Source: Octopus vulgaris
Lineage: Eukaryota
Direction of reading: 5' to 3'
Assembly: GCA_951406725.2 (NCBI GenBank)
Contig: OX597816.1
Location: 100,068,001 to 100,132,000, forward strand
DNA: 64,000 bases
Part shown: positions 41,059-52,790 of the stretch, piece by piece
Layout: each line of letters begins with the position of its first letter
Position numbering within the stretch: the first letter of the stretch is position 1
Translations under genes and position numbers: made by a program
Notes under the pieces: model-generated
Database searches by the model: none
What the model saw: only the letters and a program-made list of their open reading frames with translations
Told to the model about the DNA's origin: nothing

Positions 41059-42596
41059 ATATATATATATATATATATAAACCCACATACATAATGTGTA
41101 CATTATCTTCATTGTTTAGTCAGGAGGAAAGGCAGCACCCATGATCCTTTACTGAGCCTCAGATATTGCTAAGAGGAAGTAGGAAAGGATGCTTGCAACA
41201 GAGTGGACTCTACTAAAGCACTTAAGTAATAGGCGGTGATGTTAAACTGAAGAATGGATTAAGTGTGCAACACAAGCCGGCCACTGCAGGAAGATCAGGC
41301 ATTGGAAGAAATACCTCAAGGCATCCTGTCCAATGCTCTAATAATTCTGGCAGTCTACTTTTGTAAATTGTTCCTTTATTTAGAAACCTTAGAAGGACAA
41401 AAGGCTTAGTTGACATTAGCAGAATTTGAACTTAGAATGCAAGAAGTTGGAACAACTTTTTATTATACCAACATTTCTTATAATGAAATTTAGTTATAAT
41501 TTAGATGAAAACTAAAGATAAAAAGCAATAGTTAAACCCCCATACACACACACACACACTAGTAAAAAAAGCAAACTGCTTCTTGGAACAGTTGCAGTGT
41601 CAAAAGTAAATATAATGCATAACTGAAATTATTGCATCATCAACAATAAATAATTATATCCAAGTAGTTTTGTAGTTATTGCTGCCACATGCTTTCATCT
41701 CTAATTTGCTATATTAATTAGCCACCACTTTCATTATATTCTTAAACTACTTCATTGACTGCTTCAGTATTGCTTGAAGATATCAGTTTGTAGTTTAATG
41801 CATTGGTAAAAAGACGTTATTTATCTGACATGTTTTAATGCGTATATAATTATAAGTTCTACCATTATTTTCATATAACTTCCCTCACATAAATTTATAC
41901 CAAGGCATGTTTGCTGATGCGATTGAGTGCATAAGGATGTTATTGGCATTTTAATGCTAACTTATAAAGATCAAATATTGATGCATTAACATACAACAGA
42001 TAAAAAGCAATAGAACTACTAATTCAAATAAAAATTCTTCAGACCAATCTCATAATGAACAAATATAAATTTATCAAATTAAGTCTTATTTAATCATGAT
42101 AAGTTTGAATAGAAATAAAATTACATTTTATATATTCTAATGTCATCTTTCATGTATTTTTTATGGCATCTTCCTATCTAAGTTTTTTTGTTAATATTTT
42201 TGTGGGGAACATTTGTTTATTCTTACATCTAATTGTTATTGATTCAGAATTAATTTTTTATGCATGTTATTTTCTGCTTTATTCTATCTCTTTTTTAATT
42301 TCTTTGTGAGAGCTACTTGTTTGTAATTGCTACTTATTTTGATTATTTCCTTCTTACTTTTTTTACTGAATAAACCCTAAAAGGTATAGGAGGATATATT
42401 AATATTTGAAATGACAACATTACCGGCATCTAACACTTATTCATACACTGAGAGTAAATACTTCAGCAGCTAATATTAACCTGCTTTTGATTTTTATCAT
42501 CTTGATTTCAAATCTATTTTAATGCCTAATTTTTATAAATAACTAAATGCTTTGTTTATTTCTCTTACATTCCATTTCAAAAGTTACAAGACTTCT

Positions 42597-42820
42597 TTAA
42601 CCATTTTATTACCAACTTGGCTGAAACCAACTCTGGCTCTGAGTACAAATGTCGTCTTCGTAAATTTTGAATCAAAACCTTCCACCAAACCTTAGTCACC
42701 ATTTATGTTCCTAACACTAGCTAAATGATAACTAAGTTATTTTACTAAATTCTTTGTCATATTTAAAGTAATTGAAAGAAACACAGCATCTCAAAATAAA
42801 TACAGTAATGAAAGGGTTAA
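42597..42820. mobile_element. TTAA (piggyBac-type) MITE
   Basis: TTAACCATTTTATTAC / GTAATGAAAGGGTTAA; related copy in opposite orientation at 48895-49133. Confidence 0.8.
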
Positions 42821-43098
42821 ATTATAAGTTATAGGGTTAGCTTGAAGAGGGAGAATGCCCCAAACCAGGTGAGATGGTATGAGGGTGGTTGATGTGAGAG
42901 TGAAGTAGATCCAGCCACCCCTCATTAATGGGGACAAACCTACATTTAAAAAATTGGAATTCATCATCATCATCAGCTCCTCATTTATTCAAGACTAAAT
43001 TATTTATAAAATAACAGTATCTTCCAACAAGACTTGTCTTTATAACTTCCCCTTTCAAGAGAGTATAATTTTCTACTTCATATTATTTGCATGTAAAC

Positions 43099-43366
43099 AA
43101 TCTCCATGCATATTCTGTTGTGTCTGGGGAGAGAGTCATTCTCTTTTGGTACCATATAATTTAACTCACTCACTGGTTGCTAGACACAACGAAAAATTTT
43201 AGAAAAATCGAAAAAAGAAATAAGTGGAAATTTTACCAGTGAATGTGTTAAATTATAAAACACCAAAAAGAGAATGACTCACCCCAGGCACAACAGAATA
43301 TGCTTCAACACACGAACCCATATAAAGAATCTTGCAAACCAAATCCCAAAGCGAAATCTCCATGCA
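43099..43366. mobile_element. Short insert with internal inverted repeat and 12-bp TSD
   Basis: AATCTCCATGCA at 43099 and 43355; arms about 43108-43177 / 43237-43303. Confidence 0.75.
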
Positions 43367-43739
43367 ATATATGTTTATATATTTCAAGTGTACATATTAC
43401 TTGTAAAACATTGATGCATTTCATAGGCACATGCAAACTGTAGGTTTTAAAGGCTTCAAAGTGATCAAAGCTAACTGAAAGAGAGAAAAATCAAATAAAT
43501 TTGTATTCTGCTTCAGCTGCTCTTTGCTTTACACTTTCTCTATACAATGCTTTGCTTTTCCTTTGTCTAATACTTCTACTTTGATAGCTTTTATATTTAA
43601 AAATAAATATTTTAGATTCTTCTAATATAAATGTTTCACCTTATTAGTCTGTTTTCAATTCCAACTCTACTGATTTGATCCACATTAGGGGAAATGTATT
43701 TTATCTTAAGGCATAGTTAAAACTGCAGCTTAAGGAAGA

Positions 43740-44010
43740 CAAAATTTGTGCTTCCCTTGCTCCTCAATGATCAAAAGCAGTCATGACTGAATGCCTGTCA
43801 TGAACTGAAAGAACAGCTGGAAGTTAATCCAGACCATTTTTCGAAGGTGATGAAAGCTGGTGCTATGGAGTTTGTAGATGTAGGTGAAGAAGCAAACAAC
43901 AGAGGCATTAAAAAGCATCACTTTGCAAGAGTTACAGCACTGCTTCAAAACAGTGGAAAACACATCTGGACCAATGAATTGCTTCAAATGGAGAATACTT
44001 TAATAAAAGT
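43740..44010 (+). mobile_element. Internally deleted mariner transposase relic
   Basis: LNACHELKEQLEVNPD...DESWCYG...TTEALKSITLQELQHCF...IASNGEYF. Confidence 0.8.
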
Positions 44011-44099
44011 GGCAATAAAAGTGTAAACATGTAAATCTAAGTGAATAAAATAATATTGCAAAATTCCAGTTTCTTTTGGGTATCCCCTCGTATATTCTA

Positions 44100-44480
44100 T
44101 ATTGTTTTCATTTAAAAACACCATGCAGTTCTTCTGGATAAGGCTGTAATTGAAGTGGCATGACTTTCCCATTCTTGTAGCAGTTCAGAGGTTCACTTAT
44201 AAATCTAAGAGCTTCACAGTGATTACAGAGAATATTCATGTCACCAATGTTGTAACTTTCAACCATATGTTTGCAGGGTGTTTTGACATGTTCTCTCATT
44301 TTCATTTTATATTTTATCTTGAACACATTCCATTATCTGTTGTAAATACTCAATACTTTTTGATTATTTATTTTCCCTTCTGTATGCTAATGCTCTCATG
44401 CTTGTTCTAGTAATTTGACCCTCCACTTCTCTTTACATTGTTGCCTATGCTGTCTCATTTTTTCTCTTGTTAGCTTACAT
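44100..44480 (-). mobile_element. Helitron Rep N-terminal Zn-finger remnant
   Basis: IGDMNILCNHCEALRFISEPLNCYKNGKV.PLQLQPYPEEL. Confidence 0.75.
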
Positions 44481-45744
44481 CATTTGTCATCCATATTTTA
44501 TGAACAAGCTTCAATTTTCAAATGAGCAGACTATAGATAATTGCACTTACGTGCATGCATTAAATGATAAGCAACATAACAAATTTAAGTTCAATCTTTA
44601 AAAATTACACTTTTCACTATCCACTCACTATTGCCACCATCATCACCACGACCACCATAGTTTTCAGTAGCTAAGTTTAGTCTAAGATTATTTCATTTTG
44701 TTCAGTTGTTTATTTCCATCTACTTTTCTTGCTATCAATACAATGTTTGAATGACAAATTTAAAAAAAAAATATTGTCCATGGTTATTTTACTAAGATGT
44801 TTTACTACCGTTGAAAACATCTATCTTTCTGTCTATGATAAGTTTATTATCATATTCAATGTAAGCTTTCCTCCTGTCCATCTATTGATGTAATTGTCAA
44901 TATGGATAGCTAGATAAATAAATTGACAGATAAATAATATTAAAAATTCTTATTAAAATGATATATAGGTACAGTGACCTCCCCTGACAGTAGCTGTCTA
45001 AATAGCTCACCACTAGGTGGCACATGTACCTTTAAGGTTCAAGCACTCAGTCCTTTCTTTTTGTCATTATGACAGTAGTGTGTGTGGACATGACCTTGTT
45101 AGCTCTTGTTCAACTCACGCAACAGCTAACAAACATTGAGCAGATATGAGGTAGAATACACAGAAGATGAACATCACCTTCACTTGTAAACGCTTCCTAT
45201 GATTATTTAACTTGTATACATTTGTGACCTGGTGTAAAAGCATTTAAAAGTTACAGTTTGGGTCTATGAATTCATTGTAGTGTTCCTTCATCAAATGACA
45301 TCTATTCCAGCCTTCTGAATGAAGTCGTCATTAGATGGTTTCACCAGGTGAGACAGAGCAACATCTGGTTCTCCCTGTAGAAGAAGAATGGTCCCTACAC
45401 ATTAGTGAAACTTGATGAGTCAGTGCCTTAATAGCCTGTAAAGTTTCGGAGGATTGTGTGTCATCTGGAGCAGAAGAAGAAGTGCAAACTCATGAGGAAG
45501 ACAAAGAAGCAACTGCAAGAATGTTATCTGTGGATGATAGTGTGCCAGAAAATTCCAGTCACTGGATCTGGCTTCATCAAAATGTAATTTTGATGAAGCC
45601 AGATCCAGTGACTATTTCTTGTTCTGATATGTACTAGATATCTTATTAAATTTCAACTAAAATTCTGATAGTGCAAAATTTCCCAGATGGCAGAATCAGG
45701 TATTCCACAGACAGTGAAAACTCAACTTTTTAACCAGAAGTTAT

Positions 45745-46417
45745 TTAGAAAATTACTATTTTTAAATCTCACTATGAGAGATATTCAGCAACAGTACTTT
45801 GGAGTAAAGATTGCTTGCCAACATAACATGACAGTACTGGTTTAGGATGAATGTTGCTGTAATTTAGCCCCAGGAGACATCATCTCCAGCTGGCTATACA
45901 ACATGATCTGTGTCCATATATTTTTGAACAAGGGAATCTAGCATCCCCACTCAGCTCAAAACAATATCTGTGTATCATGATTTCTGGGTTATTTCTCTTC
46001 ATCCTGGGGCTAAATTGCACCAACATTCATCCTAAACCAGGACTACCATGTTATGTTGGCAAACAATCTTTACTCCAAAATATTGTTGCTGAATATCTCT
46101 CATTGTGAGATTTAGAAATAGTAATTTTCTAATTTATAGATCAGTGACCAGTTGTCACTTTGAAAACTATATATTTCGAACAGAAATTTGGCAGCGCCAT
46201 CTCTAGTTGAACAATTATTCTCTAGCTGAACAATTATTGCATTTCACAGATATTGTTTTGAGCTGAGTGAGGGTGTTAGATTCTATTGTTTGAAAATATA
46301 AGGACACAGATCATGTTGTATAGCCAGCTGGAGATGATGTCTCCTGGGGCTAAGTTACAGCAACATTTGTCCTAAACCAGGACTGCCATGTTATGTTGGC
46401 AAACAATCTTTACTCCA
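45745..46417. mobile_element. Sister of the 13.2 kb element: 340-nt period, inverted arms, truncated hammerhead
   Basis: CCTGGGGC at 46003 and 46343; shares TTTAGCCC.AGGA, TGTGTCC and AACAAGGG...AGCAT...CAGCT with 13224-13830. Confidence 0.78.
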
Positions 46418-48299
46418 GAAATTATTTATTACAATGTCTAGAGATTATTTATTTCAATGCTTACAATATTTTCTCAATTATGTTCACATCAATAATCTCA
46501 CTTTTAGCATATAATTTAATTCCAAACTTTTGGGCAAATATTACATTTTGACGAATCAAGAGCTGTTCACCAATATCAATAGCCATCAATAGCACCAAAA
46601 AGAAATTTCTGCTTAACTGTTTCAAAGAATAATTGTGCTAATACTATTGGTTTGGAACATAACTTGGCAAAAATGTCCTTCTAGTTACAACAATGTTTAT
46701 TAGTAGCAGTACATTCTTTACAAATATGTAAGGTCCACACTAAAAACAGGTTTTTGTCAGAATTGAAGTTGATTTCCCCCATAGAAGTAACATAGGGATT
46801 ATTATCTTTAATAGGAATACTGTCCATAACATCCTTTGAACTGTACAAAGCAAGATCCTGCAATATATAAGCTTTTCTAGCTTTGTGACAAGGCAAATCA
46901 TCTTTTGATCTGTTTCTCTGTTTAGTCCTTGGCAAAATGCATCCCTGAAGGCTCCTGATATATGGAATTTACAAGATTTTGATATTGTAAATTTCCTAAG
47001 AGATCTGACAAAGTTTTTGATAGGTGGTCCAAGCTGTTGTTTCAATGAATATAGTCTTATTTGTTCACTGTTTTGATGTTAGTAAATTTAGATGCAATAT
47101 AATTTTTGCCCTTTGTATGTAAATGACATCTTCAGCCTCTCCTTTTGTAATTTAAGGTCATTCCATTTCAATGAAGTAACTAGCTGTTCTGTCTCCCAGA
47201 CTTGACCAAAATAAATCTATTTTATTGTTCTCATTTGGTTTCATAAGATACCTTTCAAACTGAATAATAAATCAAAGGATTCTGCAGAATTATCCTTTAA
47301 CATAAGAGGTTTGAATCTTATTGATCACATAGCTGATTATACATTAACTTGTGAAATATGAAAATTATTGTAATCCATAATTTCAAGGAGTTAATGTCAA
47401 CTTATAGGTAGACTACACTTCAGAAGCTGTCAACTAATGACATTATTTCACTTTTTTTTTATTTTGTAAGATCACGTTTCCTGTGATCTGAACTAATAGT
47501 ACTGATAATAATTCACATAATAATATAAGACAATTATAGAATATCCAATACTACAAATTATCACACTAAATGACACAGCTGTGACCTTTCTCATTTACCT
47601 TTCAAAGAGTGTTAACTACTTAAAAAGAGCATATAAATTGTGTCTTTCTCAATTGATAAATACGTAAATAAATCTCACTACTTAAATATTGAGAGCATTA
47701 TGTAATTAAGGAATGTTTTATTAGCATGCTGTCCTGAGTTCAGGACAACAGAAGCCTGATCTGGTAAGAGAAAGTCACTTCACTATTCAATCTCAAAGTC
47801 CAAAGGATTCAGTCTGCTTTGTCATTCCATCTTGCCTCAGATTATGATTGTGATCTGTGTGATGGCTGCAACTGCTCCACAACAGTTCATTAATCAACAG
47901 TTGGTTAATCTTTTTACTTTAGTTTGAAAAAATTCATATCAATCTGATAATGATGAAATATAAAATTCAGTTACCATATTAATCAGTTTTTCGCTACTTT
48001 CAAACTGTTGTTAGATTACATCAATTAGTTGAGAAACACAAAACAAGCTACATTACAATCATTGATCTAAATCCATTTGGACAATTATTTACATTACAAC
48101 TTTGTGTGTGTGTGTGTATGACTGTACAAATATGGAATTAACTTTGTATTCACATGTGTTTGGATTCTATCCCAGTGTGACACTTGTGTCTTCTACTATA
48201 GTGTTTGGCTGACCATTACCATGAGAGAGAAATTGATGGGCAGAAACTGTATGGAAGCCTACTATATGTGTGTGAGATCTCAGAAAAAGTGCTAGATGG

Positions 48300-50200
48300 A
48301 CAGTAAGACAAAATATATATTTGGAGAAGTAAGGTGTGGGAACTGAAACATCCTTCTACTAAATGTAATTTCAGAGATGTCCTAAGTGAAGAGGAGGAGA
48401 TAGATATCTATAATATACAGGACAAGTGAGTTTCTATGAGAGATCTTGCTGAACATTATAGGCTAGATCTGTGGTAAAAACAAGGTTTCAACCAGATGAA
48501 AAGTAAAATAGTAATGGAATGTAACTAAATTAGATCATAAAAATTAAGAAAAAGAAAAGCCTGGAAAGACTTGATGAAAGTGCATAAAAAGAATAATATC
48601 AAAAAGTTTGAAGAGAAGCTAAATGACATGATTACATAACAGAGAGATTACAAAAGCAGAATATTTGCCATGAATCTAAGTCATAAGGTTTCAAAGACTG
48701 AAATGGGATGTCAGAGTGAAACAAGTTGTTCTTAGGAAAGTGTGAGTTCAAAAATGATGCTGAGAAGGTGATTTGAAAACAGTTCTACTAGGGGTTGCTG
48801 GAAATTTTCTTCTAGGTGTTGAAAAATTTGTAGGGGAAAAAACTACCCCAGAGAACCATTTGTTAAAGTGGAGAGTTATATGGTCGAAATGGCCTTCAAC
48901 CTTTTTTCTTACCATGTTTCTGTTGAAATACGTCTGCCTTTATTTCAATTAATTTTGAAAATGAAAATAATGAAAATTTTAGTAAAATAACTTTGTCATT
49001 ATTAAATGGTATTTGGAACATAAATTAACATGAAATTTTGATGGACGATACTAATTTAGATCACTTTAAAACGTGAAGTTTGTATCATAGAACCAAGGGC
49101 AGTTTCAAGTGGGTTGGTATCAAAACGGCTTAAGAATATGAAGACAGGGAATGTCACAGTCCATCAAGGGAAGTTGCTGTGATGTTGAAAATATCTACCG
49201 AAGTTGGATTCGTCTTTTCTTATTCATACTCTATCTTGACTACATCCTTTGCACTTCAATATCTCACAATGGGTTACATAGATTTATCCTCACAAGTCAA
49301 AAAGTTTCAGATACTCGGCCTCTACAATAATTGATACATATGTTGATGACTTACCCTTCAGTCAGATTTAAGTGCAGGATCCACTACCCTACTTCACAGT
49401 CCAGAAGTTGGTGTGAGAAACTAGTCTTAACACCAGTAAAATGGAACTTGACAAAAACAACCCGTAAATTTTCATGCATATCCTTGGAGCACCATAGTAA
49501 CTACACAAGCAGATGATAAGCTACATATCAGCAAAGCGTGAGCTACAATTTGAAGAACTGGAGAAGAAGTTTCCAATATCATGACAAAGTGTAGAAACAA
49601 GCAGTACAGTGGGATTATAAGCAAGCTAACAGTGAGTAAAGACTTTGATTGTAGCAGATACAGGAGTAGTTAGCAGTAAAATATATTCTTTCAAATGCTC
49701 AGAAGGCTCTATAGAAATAGTTGATACTTTCCATTACCTATGTAAACTCAATATCAGTGGTGGCATGTGCTTTTGATGTATGCTAACTAGAATGAAAACA
49801 GAAAAAGTTTAGTGAGCTACTACTTCAGCTGACTAAAACAGAGGTTCTCTCTTTTAGCAAAGAGTAAATCACATTATGCTTTTGTATAAACTGCAACACT
49901 GTATGATGGTGAAATGTTGGCACTGAACCTAAAGGATGTGACTAGACTTGAAAGAAACGAAACTCTTGGATATTTAATGTTAGTCGGCAATCAGGAATGA
50001 TCTATATAATTGAAATCATATATAATATGCAAGTGAGACAAATGCATTAGTACAAAACATGTAAGAAATATTGGATGATGACTGTTGGGTAAAGTATTTC
50101 CTGGAAGGAAACTGTGTAAAAAGAAAACTAGGGAAGACATAGGCAAAATGATGTAAGTTGATCTTAGGATGCCAAACCTCATGATGTAGATAAAGGAACA
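48300..50200 (+). mobile_element. Heavily decayed RTE LINE pieces
   Basis: Remnants such as KRKAWKD, IEIVDTFHYL, GETLAL-like and KLGKT; interrupted by a MITE. Confidence 0.55.
48895..49133. mobile_element. TTAA-type MITE
   Basis: Reverse-complement similarity to 42597-42820. Confidence 0.7.
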
Positions 50201-50229
50201 AAACAAGTAACCAAATGGTTTGTTAGATA

Positions 50230-50436
50230 TATGAGATGTACTGAAAAGTTCCAGGCTTTGGGTAAAAGAAAATACGGGAAGATCAGCTAATTATGATTTT
50301 ATTTAACATATTCACACACTTATTGTAGTGGTCCTTCTTTTTTCTAAACCCTGTAAAAAAAACTCTGAAGGTTGGGTCTCCAACTAGGCCTTTTGTGATA
50401 CCCTTAAACCCAGGAACTTTTCAGCACCTCCTCATA
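50230..50436. mobile_element. Mariner-type MITE
   Basis: TIRs TATGAGATGTACTGAAAAGTTCC / GGAACTTTTCAGCACCTCCTCATA. Confidence 0.75.
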
Positions 50437-50554
50437 TGTCATCTGCATCATCATCACCATCATTTTATGTCTGTTTTTCTATACTTTCATATCAAAGCCA
50501 ATGAAAGGTGAGGATAATAATAGTAACATATATATATATATATATCTATATATA

Positions 50555-51652
50555 TGCTCGGGAGCATTAACCTCCGAAAATCTGCAGAAAACAACTTCCG
50601 TCACTTTCCAGGGGGAAAAACTAGAAGTAGTTGATAGCTTCCGTTATCTAGGTGACCAAGTCAGTAGTGGGGGTGGGTGCACTGAAAGTGTAACTGCTAG
50701 AATAAGAATAGCCTGGGCAAAGTTTAGGGAACTCTTACCTCTGCTGGTGACTAAAGGCCTCTCGCTCAGAGTAAAAGGCAGACTGTATGATGCATGTGTA
50801 CGAACAGCCATGCTACATGGCAGTGAAACATGGGCCGTGACTGCTGAGGACATGCATAAGCTCGTGAGGAATGAAGCCAGTATGCTCCGATGGATGTGTA
50901 ATGTCAGTGTACATACTTGACAGAGCGTTAGTACCTTGAGAGAAATGTTGTACCTAAGAAGTATCAGTTGTGTGCAAGAAAGACGATTGCGCTGGTATGG
51001 TCATGTGGCGAGAATGGATGAAGATAGGTGTGTGAGAAAGTGCCAATCCCTAGCAGTTGAGGGGACCCGTGGAAGAGGTAGACCCAGGAAAACCTGGGAT
51101 GGGGTGGTGAAGCACGACCTTCGAACTTTAGGCCTCACTGAGGAAATGACCAGCGACTGAGACCTTTGGAAATATGCTGTACGTGAGAAGACCAGGCAGG
51201 ACAAGTAAGCCCGGCCCACTTACGCATGCCTTTCCTCCCTTGGACACAAAGACCTGTTGAGGCAAGTGAAGTCGATATAGAACCTCATCCGACGACAGGC
51301 ACCCATGCCAACCCCCTTTGCTTGCGAAGACATGTTGGGGCAAGCGAAATCGAAATCGAATTGAACCAGCCAGGACCCCTGGACTGGTGGTACATAAAAA
51401 GCACTATCCGACTCGTGGCCGATGCCAGCGCTGCCTCGACTGGCTTCCATGCCGGTGGCACGTAAAATGTACCAATCCGACCAAAGCACCCACTACACTC
51501 ATGGAGTGGTTGGTGTTAGGAAGGGCATCCAGCTGTAGAAACATTGCCAGATAAGACTGGAGCCTGATGCAGCCTTCTGGCTTCCCAGATCCCCGGTCGA
51601 ACCGTCCAACCCATGCTAGCATGGAGAACGGACGTTAAACGATGATGATGAT
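50555..51652 (+). mobile_element. Relatively young 5'-truncated RTE LINE
   Basis: LEVVDSFRYLGD...ARIRIAWAKFREL...LHGSETW...RLRWYGHV...GRGRPRKTW; 3' UTR with (GAT)n tail. Confidence 0.95.
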
Positions 51653-52577
51653 ATATAATATAAAGTGTTTGGGATTTAGTTGTAGGTTACCAGAACCTGA
51701 TTTGCAATGATTGTCTTCAAAGCATTATGCCCAAAATAATAAGAAAAGACTCAAAATGTTTCAGTTTTCCTCCCCTAGTTTTGCCTAATAATTTTCAAAA
51801 TAAATTTTGTATTGATGTATTGCTCCCTGAACAAAAAAAAAAACGAAAATTAATAAATTGCTACGTTACTTGTATCAAGATAGCAAGTTGAATAAAGTGA
51901 ATGCTATTTTACATAATAAAATTTAAAATAACTATGGAATATTTATCATTCAAGTGATTATTGTAACAAATATTTAGTTTTAAAAATGACCCACTTTTTA
52001 TATGAACCATTGAATTAAAAAGTGATAGTCATAAAGCGAAAATATTCAAAATTGCTCAAATAAAAGGAATAGCTTATATAGAAACACTTTATATCGTTTA
52101 TCGTGATAAATTATCTTTGACTAGAAATAAATCATTTTAATGTAATTGGAATGAATGATATAAATGTTGTACATTCCTTTGTTTCTTTTAGATAAATCAT
52201 TTATATGATCGTATGCAAATGTCTAAATCTACTTGATTTAATACTGGAAAACATTATTGTCTCCAAAAATACAAAATGAGTCCATTAAAGATGTATGTAT
52301 ATATTTATACATGCAACATTTATCCATGTAATATCAAGGCTGATCTCAGGTGAATTTCTAACTGATATATATAACTATTTACTGCAGTGAAAGGTTGTAT
52401 TTATTTATTTATTTATTTATTTATCTAGTAGCTATACTTTGTGACGAAATTGCTGAAGTGTTATTTGATTGCTTATTTTGCTAAAATTCTGTCTTTTACA
52501 TTCACCTCGTAACTGTAGATTTCTATTTATATACATGTTGTATATTTATGTACATGAGTGTGTGTATTTGTGTGTGA

Positions 52578-52790
52578 CCATCATCATCATTTGACTTCCA
52601 TTTTTCATACTGACATGGGTTGGATAGTTTGACAAGGAATCAGCAAACTGCAGAGCCATGTTGAGCTTCAATGTCATCTTTGGCATAATTACTATGGCTA
52701 GATGCTCTTCCTAATACTAACGACTTTACAGAGCATACTGGGTGCTTTTTTCTTCTTTCTACCAGCACTTGTGAGGTTGACATGTAACTT
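52578..52790 (-). mobile_element. RTE 3' tail fragment
   Basis: CATCATCATCAT...GGGTTGGA...CTTCCTAAT...GGTGCTTTT. Confidence 0.7.
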
